This document shows positions 18,601 through 26,652 of a DNA stretch of 64,000 nucleotides, piece by piece. Within the stretch, counting starts at the first letter, position 1; each line of letters begins with the position of its first letter. A program made the translations under genes and the position numbers. The notes under the pieces are model-generated. The model was not told the origin of the DNA. It was given only the letters and a program-made list of their open reading frames with translations, and did not search any database. Source of the DNA: Candidatus Woesebacteria bacterium (GTDB lineage: Bacteria > Patescibacteriota > Microgenomatia > UBA1400 > UBA1396); assembly GCA_963749595.1 (NCBI GenBank), contig CAVVNJ010000009.1, forward strand, positions 65,380 to 129,379, given 5' to 3'.

Positions 18601-21600
18601 AAAACCTCTAGACCTGAGCCAGAAGAGGTGGTGCTGGAAAGAGCGTCGGCCGAGGCGGCCACGTTGACGGTGAGGGCGCCTGAGGAGATGGTTAGACCGT
18701 TACCGGTCAAGTCGGTGAAGTTTTCGGAGTTAACCGATAAAGTCCCGGCTGTGATCGTGCCGGTAGTGCTGATGGTATCAGTGCCGACATTGATTGACCC
18801 AAAGTTGGCAGTAATCGATCCTGAGTCTAAAGCGCCCGTCCCGGTGATAGCGGTGGTGACCGCGTCGTTGGTGTCAACCAAGGCCGCGTCCTTGCCGTCC
18901 AGCCGGTTGAGTTCGGCGCCGCTGATTAAAGTGCCGGCATTATCGAACAAAGCGGTGAAGCCGCCGCCGGCGTCAGTGAATTTGATTGCGGCGCCGAGGG
19001 GTAAGTTAGTATCCGCATTGGCGATCACTAAGCCGGAGTCCAGACCATTGGTGTTGGCCGAATCAGCCTGGGTAATGGTCAAGCCGGAAGTTGTGCCGGC
19101 CGTGCCGCTGGGCGTTCCGGTGATGGAAACCACGTTGACCGTACCGACCAGGTCGGAACTGAGGCCCAAGTTTTCCGTTCCGGCAAAGGTATAGGTGTGG
19201 GAATTGGTCCAAGCGAAGGCCGTATCCTGATTCACGCTCAGGGTCAGACCGGCGGTCTCGCTGCCGCCGTCGGCACCGGAGATTCCCGTGCCGTTAGTGA
19301 TGGAGGCGACGTAGTTGCCGGCGGTGTCGGTACCCAGAGTCAGATCGCTGATTTCGGTCGGGCCAATGCAGTTGGTGCAGCTTAAGTCGTTGGCGGTCAG
19401 TGACGTGCCTAGTCCAGTCGAGTCGATACTCCAGGTGCCGTTGCCGATATTTTGGCCGGCTGCAATGGAAATTCCTCCGGTGTCAGTGGTGAGCGAGTCG
19501 ACGGTTGTGGCGTCTTGGATATCTACCGTTCCAGCGCCGTTGGCGACAATAACCAGTGATTCGTTGGTCCCGGTAGTGATGTCGGTGGCTAACCCAGATA
19601 AGGTCAGTGTGCCGCCGTCGATCGTCAGACCAGCGATGGTTGAGGAGGCATTAACATCAATCGCCGTCGTAAAAGTAGTGGCCGCAGTATTGAAGGTCCA
19701 ACCACCGGTGACTGTCTCAGCCTCATTTAGTAAACCAACCTGATTGCCGATGCGAACCCGGGCAGTGCTGCTACCTTGATCGGACACGATAAACTCATCG
19801 GTCGAGGTCGCCGCCGGCCCAAACTCGATGGTCGAAGCGGGTGAGACCGAAGGAGAGGTATCCGATTCGCGAACAGTTAGTGAACCGCCGGTGGTGTCAG
19901 CCGCACAACCCCAGGTATCGGTGGTCTCGTTCCATTTTAGGATTTGGCTGTCGGAGCAACCTTGGAGGAGGGCTAATCCGGAGGACAAAACCTCCAGGCC
20001 AGATCCGGAGGAAGTCGTGGCTGATAGGGCGTCAGCGGAGGCGGCAACGTTGACGGTGAGCGCTCCTGAAGAGATTGTTAGCCCGTTGCCGGTCAAGTCA
20101 GTAAAGTTTTCCGCGTTAACCGACAAGGTTCCAGCGGTAACGGTGCCGGTGGTGGAGATGGAATCGGTGCCGACATTGATCGAGCCAAAATTAGTGGTGA
20201 TCGAGCCAGAGTCTAAAGCGCCCGTCCCGGTGATAGCGGTGGTAACCGCGTCGTTGGTGTCAACCAGAGACGCATCCTTACCATCCAAACGGTTGAGTTC
20301 GGTACCGCTAATCAGAGTGCCGGCGTTGTTGATGATTGTGGTGAAACCACCACCGGCGTCGGTGATGTTTAGAGCCGCCCCGATTGGCAAATCGGTATCC
20401 GCATTGGCAATGACCAAACCAGAATCGAGTCCATTGGTGTTGGCCGAATCGGCCTGGGTGATGGTTAGTCCTGAGGTAGCGCCAGCTGTTCCACTCGGCG
20501 TTCCAGTGATGGCGACGACGTTAACGGTACCAGCTAAGTTAGACGTAATACCCAAATTTTCCGTCCCAGCAAAGGTATAGGTGTGGGCGTTAGTCCAAGC
20601 AAAGGCCGAATCCTGATTCACGCTCAGGGTCAGACCGGCGGTCTCGCTGCCACCGTCGCCACCGGAAATTCCGGTGCCATTGGTGACCGAGGCGACGTAG
20701 TTGCCAGTCGTGTCGGTACCCAGAGTCAAATCGGCTATCTCAGTGGAACCGATACAGTTGGTGCAGCTTAAGTCGTTAGCCGTTAAGGAAGTACCTAGAC
20801 CGGCCGAGTTGATACTCCAGGTGCCGTTGCCAATACCCTGTCCGGCGGCGATGGTTATTCCGCCGGTGTCGGTAGTGAGCGAGTCGACCGTGGTGGCGTC
20901 TTGGATATCAATTGTTCCTGAACCATTCGCGACGATGACTAGCGATTCGTTGGTCCCGGTAGTAATGTCGGTGGTTAGCCCGGACAAAGTTAGGGTGCCG
21001 CCGTCAACAGTCAGCCCCGCTATGGTTGAAGTTGTGTTGACGTCGATGGCTGTAGTAAAGGTCGTGGCCGCGGTGTTGAATGTCCACCCACCAGTTACCG
21101 TTTCCGCTTCATTTAGTAGTCCGACTTGGTTGCCGATCCGAACCCGCGAAGTGCTCCCGCCCTGATCGGAAACAATAAACTCATCAGTTGAGGTCGCCGC
21201 CGGCCCAAACTCGATGGTCGAAGCGGGTGAGACCGAAGGAGAGGTATCCGACTCCCGAACAGTCAGCGAGCCGCCGGTTGTATCAGCCGAACAATCCCAA
21301 GTGTCGGTCGTTTCGTTCCACTTAAGGACCTGAGCGTCGGAACAACCTTGGAGCAAGGTCAGTCCGGAAGCCAAAACTTCCAAGCCAGAACCGGAAGAAG
21401 TTGTCGCCGACAGGGCATTCGTGGCGGCGGTCAAGTCGATGGTGACATCATCGGCGTTAACGGTAATGCCGTTGCCCGCGCCAATGTTCAAAGTTGTCGA
21501 ACCACCCAGAGAAACCGAGCCGCCGTTAATCAAGCCTGAACCAGCGGTGATGGTTAAAGAAGAATTTGCCAGCTCGCTATTGTCTATTTCCCCAGCTGGC

Positions 21601-23162
21601 AACGAAACCGTACCTGAGGATACAGCCAGACCAGTGATGTTTTCCAAAGCGCCGCCACTAGTTAGCCGACTGGTCCCGCCAGTTGATAGCCCGCCATTTA
21701 GAGCTGCCGATGTGGTGAAAATGGTACCTAAAGTATTAAAGGTCCAGCCACCAGTTACCGTTTCCGCTTCATTTAGTAGTCCGACTTGGTTGCCGATGCG
21801 AACCCGACCCGTTCCGCCGCCCTGGTCGGAAACAATAAACTCGTTGGTGGAGGATGCGGCCGGACCAAACTCGATGGTTGAGGCGGGAGAGACGGAGGGG
21901 GAAGTATCCGACTCCCGAACGGTCAGTGAACCACCTGATGTGTCGCTGGCGCAGGCCCAGCCCCCGGCGTCGGTCCACTTCAATAGTTCGTTGTCGGCAC
22001 AGCCTTTTAGTAGGGCCAGACCAGAGGCCGAAACTTCCAATCCGGAGTTGCTGGAAGTCGAGCCGGTTGTGCCGCTGGTCGTTAAATTAACATCTAGGGA
22101 AACGGTTCCAGTTGTGCCGCCACCACTCAAGCCGCTGCCAGCCGTGACGCCTTCGATGTCGCCCGTTCCTCCAGATCCCGCTGATCCCGTAGCCCCAGTA
22201 GCCCCAGTGGCGCCCGCCGAGCCAGTATCACCTTTATCGCCTTTTGCCCCGGCTGGTCCAGCCGGACCGGAAGGTCCAGTTGGCCCCGGTGGACCGATTC
22301 CGGAAACGGCGGCGACGGCTGCTCCCGCCTGAGGAGTAACTACCAAGGCGCCATTAGTCGCATCCCGCTGAACGTTGACAAAGGAACCAACATTACCCGC
22401 CGGCAAACTCAATCCGGATAGCACCGGAGCCTGAGCGTAAGCTTTTTTCACCAGCCAGGATTCTTGGTCGATGATCGCTTCAATCATCCCCAGAATGCTT
22501 CGTTCCGGCTCGCCTGTCTCCTCAGCAAATAGTTGTAGAGTTTCGCGAAAAATCAATTCTTCCGCCGGATCGACGACTTTCAGGCTATCCTGTAGCTGTA
22601 GGCCCGACAACTCACCGCGCGCGTCAAACGTGCCGGTAATTTCTTTTTTATCTTTTAATGAGAAGAGGGTGAAATCCCCAACCAGCCGGCCGCGACTGAT
22701 CCGGCCGCGTAAAACTTTAACCGGCAGGACAGAACCGTCCGGCAAAACAACCCGGGAAACAGTGCGGGCAAAAACTGCCACCGGTCCCACCTCCTCCCGC
22801 TTGGAATGGAAAGAATCAATCGTTGTCGCGCCATCACTCACTATGCCGTGTTCGCCGTCGCCAAAGCTTAGTTCGGCATTACCCACAAAAGTGTCGTTTT
22901 CAACGACCGCATTTTCAACTTGAGCATAATAAAAAGTACCACTGCCCTTTTGAACCAGCAGTAAGAATGGTCCGGCAAATTGACTCTTTTCCAACGCTTT
23001 ACGGTCGATTGATTGAATTACCCCTGCCTGACGAACTTGGGGCCGAATTCTCGGAATCAACCAGCCGGAGATATTCAGGGCTCCACCAACCAGGACCAAT
23101 AATAAGAGGATTCCAATGGCGGCCGAGAGTCGGAATGAGCTGTTGGCGGAAGGGCGGGTCAT
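15699..23162 (-). CDS. giant (2487 aa) membrane-anchored fibrous surface protein with collagen-like triplets, 462-aa tandem repeats, paired-Cys motifs and a Pro/Thr-rich tail
   Basis: One uninterrupted ORF. It has an N-terminal signal-anchor (AAIGILLLLVLVGGAL), 15 G-X-Y triplets and a repeated LEV.SGL.LLQGC.D.Q.LKWNETTDTW.C motif. It also has Gly/Thr/Ser-rich beta-helix-like sequence and C-terminal globular domains. There is no LPXTG motif. Confidence 0.85.
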   Translation of the reverse strand: MTRPSANSSFRLSAAIGILLLLVLVGGALNISGWLIPRIRPQVRQAGVIQSIDRKALEKSQFAGPFLLLVQKGSGTFYYAQVENAVVENDTFVGNAELSFGDGEHGIVSDGATTIDSFHSKREEVGPVAVFARTVSRVVLPDGSVLPVKVLRGRISRGRLVGDFTLFSLKDKKEITGTFDARGELSGLQLQDSLKVVDPAEELIFRETLQLFAEETGEPERSILGMIEAIIDQESWLVKKAYAQAPVLSGLSLPAGNVGSFVNVQRDATNGALVVTPQAGAAVAAVSGIGPPGPTGPSGPAGPAGAKGDKGDTGSAGATGATGATGSAGSGGTGDIEGVTAGSGLSGGGTTGTVSLDVNLTTSGTTGSTSSNSGLEVSASGLALLKGCADNELLKWTDAGGWACASDTSGGSLTVRESDTSPSVSPASTIEFGPAASSTNEFIVSDQGGGTGRVRIGNQVGLLNEAETVTGGWTFNTLGTIFTTSAALNGGLSTGGTSRLTSGGALENITGLAVSSGTVSLPAGEIDNSELANSSLTITAGSGLINGGSVSLGGSTTLNIGAGNGITVNADDVTIDLTAATNALSATTSSGSGLEVLASGLTLLQGCSDAQVLKWNETTDTWDCSADTTGGSLTVRESDTSPSVSPASTIEFGPAATSTDEFIVSDQGGSTSRVRIGNQVGLLNEAETVTGGWTFNTAATTFTTAIDVNTTSTIAGLTVDGGTLTLSGLTTDITTGTNESLVIVANGSGTIDIQDATTVDSLTTDTGGITIAAGQGIGNGTWSINSAGLGTSLTANDLSCTNCIGSTEIADLTLGTDTTGNYVASVTNGTGISGGDGGSETAGLTLSVNQDSAFAWTNAHTYTFAGTENLGITSNLAGTVNVVAITGTPSGTAGATSGLTITQADSANTNGLDSGLVIANADTDLPIGAALNITDAGGGFTTIINNAGTLISGTELNRLDGKDASLVDTNDAVTTAITGTGALDSGSITTNFGSINVGTDSISTTGTVTAGTLSVNAENFTDLTGNGLTISSGALTVNVAASADALSATTSSGSGLEVLSSGLALLQGCSDSQILKWNETTDTWGCAADTTGGSLTVRESDTSPSVSPASTIEFGPAATSTDEFIVSDQGSSTARVRIGNQVGLLNEAETVTGGWTFNTAATTFTTAIDVNASSTIAGLTIDGGTLTLSGLATDITTGTNESLVIVANGAGTVDIQDATTVDSLTTDTGGISIAAGQNIGNGTWSIDSTGLGTSLTANDLSCTNCIGPTEISDLTLGTDTAGNYVASITNGTGISGADGGSETAGLTLSVNQDTAFAWTNSHTYTFAGTENLGLSSDLVGTVNVVSITGTPSGTAGTTSGLTITQADSANTNGLDSGLVIANADTNLPLGAAIKFTDAGGGFTALFDNAGTLISGAELNRLDGKDAALVDTNDAVTTAITGTGALDSGSITANFGSINVGTDTISTTGTITAGTLSVNSENFTDLTGNGLTISSGALTVNVAASADALSSTTSSGSGLEVLSSGLTLLQGCSDTQILKWNETTDTWGCAADQAGGGTATLQVAYDNGNTILTTTARNIAFTLGEVATPTSLTLENQDTAGTSAQRIFNSIASGTLTNGLLIEQTGAGTMTSGLQIAETAGTITDGILITGTLGNILNSGSIDITGAGAITGATGLTLASGTLSLTSTSGAINSTGLTGLTQTLSSGTAAITAPTINFNTAGTGNTAVGNATGTFALTSSGGLNVTTGGALTGVASLDTIGVSATAFSFAGAGSVTSNTTNALTLDSGTTGAVNLGTGANAKTLTIGNITGATAVNINSGTGNVNFTVGPTSSSGKVQIGNSATATPDLLVLDNGTADPTGVNGGMYYNTSTNKYRCYENGAWVNCVTTLADVQSAASYDTSDALDNVAAGEVTLASVSVTPSTATGDVYVRGKVELVSSNNTDQSLVIKIEDNATCTGSVLATNTIAITVANGVIVGDFELVALEADAGTAAQNYSFCASTATGDTDVRIFGMFATVIDNGSDLAEFYTTNDSTLSAGDVVSLDSNLETGAQKSAIAYDPGVLGIVSTWPGLVMGNVTNEGVKAVPIAMSGRVPVKVSSENGPIKAGDYLTTSSLAGVAMKATKAGAVIGTALTDFNGEGTGAVLAFVKNGAATGTLSNLLPGLTENETDYGRQVLTQLLSQPLATGEPADFSNVLADRVAAGIEVIAPRITAQDARLTGTLELLGENGLENVRVDSLGNAFFAGTLKADKIEANQIQGWSILANNLSSLTEKVDGLASNSAQVASSETAGGSPTLLADLLNGLFRRVSEFFDQVVFHGDVAFLGRPTFNKDTAGFAFLPSGASEVEVRFEKEYASHPVVTANVNLVGTTKPDEVPAYAIADLTTKGFKIRLSRPSSFDLNFSWMALSVANSTTPATVTKIDHPAEPTPVIEPTSQPSPVPTVEPASTPTPEPTAVPVTPIPSPLPTPSPEITPEPSPTASNSAQVN
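18520..22045 (-). repeat. tandem 1386-bp (462-aa) repeats inside the giant ORF: two full units plus partial units at both ends
   Basis: Landmark TCCGGA(G/A)G(A/C)CAAAAC(C/T)TCC recurs at about 18591, 19977 and 21363, a period of exactly 1386. A 62-nt perfectly identical block is at 19804-19865 and 21190-21251. A 660-nt-offset partial copy lies at 21752-21940. Confidence 0.85.
22161..22295 (-). repeat. collagen-like G-X-Y x15 segment inside the giant ORF
   Basis: GPPGPTGPSGPAGPAGAKGDKGDTGSAGATGATGATGSAGSGGTG read directly from the minus strand. Confidence 0.85.
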
Positions 23163-24865
23163 GTCGCCTTCCTGGTCCTTTCCGACAGGATAGTTAGGCC
23201 GATGATAAGAATCGACAATCCGCCAATCGCCAAGATCGCAATGTAGGCCGTCTGCTTCACCGAGAGGGCTTCAAAGAAAGGGGCCACGATGGTGAGTTGC
23301 CAATCATTTCCGACTAGCGTCTGGTCAGCGGATAGGGATAGATGTCCGTCCCAACCATAACCGCGGCGGACCAAACCCTGTTGATTGACCGTTTGAACGA
23401 AGACATCGCCTTCTTTAACTTCCAGAGAATCTAAGGAATTGGGCCATAACAGCCAATCTTTCCGACTGTCTTTTAGAACGAAGTACTGTTTGGTGCGCGG
23501 CGTGGCGATCGCGCTCAAGGAATCGTTAAGCAGGGGCAGATTTAAATAACCGATTAACACTCCGGCCAACTGTCCAGATGGTTGGAAAATTGGGTGCGCG
23601 ATCGCCACCACATCCGTGCCCGAGCCCTCAAAGTTGGCAATTATTCCGGAGACGTAACCTCGTTCTTCAGTTTTAACTTGGAGAAAGTAGTCCTGACTAC
23701 CCACGTCCGTAGTAGTAATGACTCCTCCGGAGGGGTAATTAACCAGGACCTGACCTTTTTCGTTAGCGATAATCACCTTATAAAGGTTTGAATTGCTTTC
23801 ATAGAGATTGCGGGCCAGGGACAAGCGATCCTTTTCCGGACCTTTGAGCGTGCTAATCAGTAACTGGTTTTTACTCATGCCCTCAACCGCGGCCGTGGTT
23901 CCATTTAAAACCGACTCGATTTGGATCCGGCCATAAGTAACCTTGTCCAGCAAAGTTTCGGAGACGTTAGTCACGATTAGGTTTTGGGCGACATAGATCA
24001 AGAGAATCACCACCGCGAAAATCGCAAAAAGTCCGCCGAACATCCGCACGACCATACCCCGAATTTCCGGTTGGCGGAAAGTCAACTCGTCCCAAAAAGG
24101 AACCAGAATGACAAACAAGGCCGACATCATCAAAACAAAAGTTTTTGGCCACTCCGATTCGCCCGCAAAAAATAAGGATAAGCCGGCCAGAGGCAAGGCG
24201 GTTAAACCGATCAGATAGCTTAGTCGCTGCTTATGGGCAAAGTAGGACCAGGTTGCCAGAGTGGCCAAGCTCAGGATCACCAAGCCGATCAACCAGATCG
24301 GCCAGGTCGCCAGTTCCGGAAAAACCCGAAGCATACTTTGCCAGGTGGGATTTTCCGGATAGAGCACCGCAGCCAGCCAAAGGCTGAGTAGTACGCCATA
24401 GCCATAAAAGGTGAAACTCTTGAGCGTACTCACCTCGGTTACTAGCTCCAAAAGAACCAACAAACCGATCAATCCGGCCAAACTAACGCCGAAAATATCG
24501 AACGATTGCCACCACAGTAGCGCGAGAGAAGAAAAAGCCACAACGAGGGCGATACGAAAAACTTGGTTCCACCAGCGGTTGTTTTCGGGTCTTATTTCGG
24601 TATAAATCAGCCCGACTCCGCCCAGAAAAAGCCAGAGACGAATTGGAATTAACCAGGCAGCCAACTGACTGACTTGGTATACCTCCAGTAATCGTAAGGG
24701 CAGGATGGAGGCCAGGGCGATCACGACGGCGGTTAAGCCAACGAACCAGCTAAACAAGGTTGGTGCGGCCAGCATTTGAGCCACTTGGGTCCGACCGAGT
24801 TTTACGGCCTGGGCATAGGTCTCAACCTGGGCAGGAGTGGTGGTTGGTTTAGGCACATCATCCAA
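23159..24865 (-). CDS. polytopic membrane protein with an extracytoplasmic Cache-like sensor domain and no output domain
   Basis: About 9 N-terminal TM helices are followed by a ~250-aa segment resembling a double-Cache/PDC fold (…NLYKVIIANEKGQVLVNYP…DYFLQVK…VAIAHPIF…). A final TM helix closes the protein. The stop overlaps the giant ORF start (ATGA). Confidence 0.55.
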   Translation of the reverse strand: MDDVPKPTTTPAQVETYAQAVKLGRTQVAQMLAAPTLFSWFVGLTAVVIALASILPLRLLEVYQVSQLAAWLIPIRLWLFLGGVGLIYTEIRPENNRWWNQVFRIALVVAFSSLALLWWQSFDIFGVSLAGLIGLLVLLELVTEVSTLKSFTFYGYGVLLSLWLAAVLYPENPTWQSMLRVFPELATWPIWLIGLVILSLATLATWSYFAHKQRLSYLIGLTALPLAGLSLFFAGESEWPKTFVLMMSALFVILVPFWDELTFRQPEIRGMVVRMFGGLFAIFAVVILLIYVAQNLIVTNVSETLLDKVTYGRIQIESVLNGTTAAVEGMSKNQLLISTLKGPEKDRLSLARNLYESNSNLYKVIIANEKGQVLVNYPSGGVITTTDVGSQDYFLQVKTEERGYVSGIIANFEGSGTDVVAIAHPIFQPSGQLAGVLIGYLNLPLLNDSLSAIATPRTKQYFVLKDSRKDWLLWPNSLDSLEVKEGDVFVQTVNQQGLVRRGYGWDGHLSLSADQTLVGNDWQLTIVAPFFEALSVKQTAYIAILAIGGLSILIIGLTILSERTRKAT

Positions 24866-24895
24866 ACTATTTATTTATGTTAAATAACTTAATAA

Positions 24896-24924
24896 ATAGT
24901 AGAAGAAATATCGGGCAGCGTCAA
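24896..24924 (-). promoter_or_regulatory. sigma70-type promoter of the Cache / giant-protein operon
   Basis: On the minus strand, TTGACG (24924-24919), a 17-nt spacer, then TACTAT (24901-24896). The AT-rich leader carries the inverted repeat CTATTTATT...AATAAATAG (24867-24899). Confidence 0.5.
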
Positions 24925-24940
24925 TCAACAGCTAATTTCC

Positions 24941-25312
24941 TTAAGCTAGAACTGCGCGAACGTTCGCGACGATTTCATCAATGCCAACTTCAACCTTAAT
25001 CAAATAGCGGGCGGGCTTGAGATTAGTGGCGCCCCAAGCGGTTTTTTCATCTTTATTGAAATTGGACAGGATTATTACCGGCACCCGAGCCCCCCAGTCG
25101 CCGGATTCGCGCAAACGGCGAAGCATCTCGGTACCCCTCATTTTAGGCATCAGCAGATCAAGAATGATGACATCTGGTTTTTCTTCGATCGCCTTGGCTA
25201 GTCCTGCCTGCCCATCTCCAGATACATGAACGACGAAGCCCTCCTGGGTGAACTTGGTCGACAGCACCTTGGCCATGGTATTTTCGTCTTCAACGATTAG
25301 GATCTTAGGCAT
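24941..25312 (-). CDS. stand-alone response-regulator receiver domain (CheY-like)
   Basis: 123 aa with the acidic pocket IVEDEN, phospho-acceptor VIILDLLMP and a conserved Lys region. There is no DNA-binding or enzymatic output domain. Confidence 0.85.
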   Translation of the reverse strand: MPKILIVEDENTMAKVLSTKFTQEGFVVHVSGDGQAGLAKAIEEKPDVIILDLLMPKMRGTEMLRRLRESGDWGARVPVIILSNFNKDEKTAWGATNLKPARYLIKVEVGIDEIVANVRAVLA

Positions 25313-25383
25313 ATAGTTTCCATTCTAAAGGATATTGCTTCATCTTATTCAGTATCATGGCAATCTGCAACCGTTAACCGATA

Positions 25384-25524
25384 TGGTACAATTTAACTCG
25401 ATGCAAAACCAAACCTGGCACCTCATGTGTTATTTTTCCACCACCGGGAGGGGCGTGTTTTTGCGGCAGTAAGTAGAAAAAACCAAAAGACAACACCAAC
25501 CTCCTCACTAGGAGGTTTTTTGTT
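25384..25524 (+). promoter_or_regulatory. leader element L1: extended -10 promoter, closing stem, G-rich box and intrinsic terminator upstream of the M20 gene
   Basis: TGgTACAAT (25384-25392). GCAAAA (25403-08) can pair with TTTTGC (25459-64) around CACC...ACCACCGGGAGGGGCGTG. The terminator AACCTCC-tcacta-GGAGGTT plus T6 is at 25498-25524. Confidence 0.45.
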
Positions 25525-25537
25525 AGGAAAGGAAAAA

Positions 25538-26641
25538 ATGTTAACCAAAAAGGAACTCGTTGACCAGCTGTCAATTCTGGTGGCTTTTCGCACCCTGACC
25601 GGCGACGTTGAGTCCAACCGCCGAGCGCTGGATTATGTTCAATCCTTGTTGTCGCCGAAAGCGAAGATGAAAAGAGTTAGAAATGGTCCAGCGGAGATTT
25701 TATTGGCCGGCAACACTGACAGTCTGAATCCTGATTTCGGTTACCTGGTACACATTGACGTGGTGGCGGCCTCGGAAAAATTGTTCACGCTGCGGAGGGA
25801 GGGCGATCGGGTCTTTGGTCGCGGGGTTAGCGACATGAAGTTCTCGATTCCGCTAGGGATCGCTTTGTTAAATGAAGCCGTTGAAACCAATAGTCAGGTG
25901 ACTTTTTCGCTGGCCATCACGACCGATGAGGAAACGGGCGGATTTGGTGGCGGCAAGTTTTTGGCTACTGAGCTGGCGTGGCAGCCAAAAGCCTTGATCG
26001 TACCGGATGGCGGCGATAATCTGAATTTTGTCAGCAAAGGCAAGGGCGTGGCGCAGTTTCAAGTCAGCGCGAAAGGAGTTTCGGCGCACGCCTCCCGGCC
26101 GTGGTTGGGCAAAAATGCTTTGCCGCCGCTTTGCCAATTGGTAGTCGAGTTGGAACAACGCTATGGCCAGAACAGTCAGCAAGCCAACTGGAATACGACC
26201 CTCAACTTTGGTCAGCTGATCGGTGGAGTTTCAACTAATCAAGTTTGTGACTCGGCAGTATTAAAACTAGATTTCCGTTACCCGGAAACTGATTCGTTCG
26301 AGCGGATCGAGCAGGAGCTGCTGGCTCTTGCCGAGTCAATAGATCCCGAAATTAGCATCGCCAGATTGTCGACCGGATTGCCGACGGTAACTGACGTAAA
26401 ATTAACGGTGGTGCAACGTTTTTTGCAAACTTTGCAGGACGAGTTTCAACAAGAGATACCGGTCAAACCTAATTACGGCGCTTCCGATGCACGCCATTTT
26501 GCCCCGTTTAAAATTCCGGTGCTAATGATTAAGCCGGTGGGCGGAGACATCCACTGCGAAACCGAGTGGCTGGACATCGCGTCAACGCAGAAGTTTTACC
26601 AGGCGTTGCGAAAATTTATTTTCCCAAGAAAGGAGATTTAA
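25538..26641 (+). CDS. M20 family metallopeptidase/deacylase (ArgE/DapE/CPG2-like)
   Basis: HIDVV metal-ligand motif and ITTDEETGGFGG motif. I prefer the ATG at 25538 (RBS AGGAAAGGAAAAA) over the upstream GTG at 25427, which would read through the leader terminator. Confidence 0.7.
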   Translation: MLTKKELVDQLSILVAFRTLTGDVESNRRALDYVQSLLSPKAKMKRVRNGPAEILLAGNTDSLNPDFGYLVHIDVVAASEKLFTLRREGDRVFGRGVSDMKFSIPLGIALLNEAVETNSQVTFSLAITTDEETGGFGGGKFLATELAWQPKALIVPDGGDNLNFVSKGKGVAQFQVSAKGVSAHASRPWLGKNALPPLCQLVVELEQRYGQNSQQANWNTTLNFGQLIGGVSTNQVCDSAVLKLDFRYPETDSFERIEQELLALAESIDPEISIARLSTGLPTVTDVKLTVVQRFLQTLQDEFQQEIPVKPNYGASDARHFAPFKIPVLMIKPVGGDIHCETEWLDIASTQKFYQALRKFIFPRKEI

Positions 26642-26652
26642 TCGGGCTTCCC

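Noticed and set aside
22161-22295. Collagen-like triplets as a sign of eukaryotic contamination or a chimeric assembly
   Set aside because: The triplets are embedded in-frame in a long bacterial-type ORF whose codon usage matches its surroundings. Short G-X-Y runs are well known in bacterial and phage fibre proteins.
15703-22923. Numerous + strand ORFs of 60-300 aa inside the giant gene (for example 21421-22332, 19828-20580, 18529-19194)
   Set aside because: All are Val/Pro/Ala/Ser-rich mirror translations of the Gly/Thr/Ser-rich minus-strand ORF. The 7.4-kb minus-strand frame is uninterrupted and has recognisable motifs.
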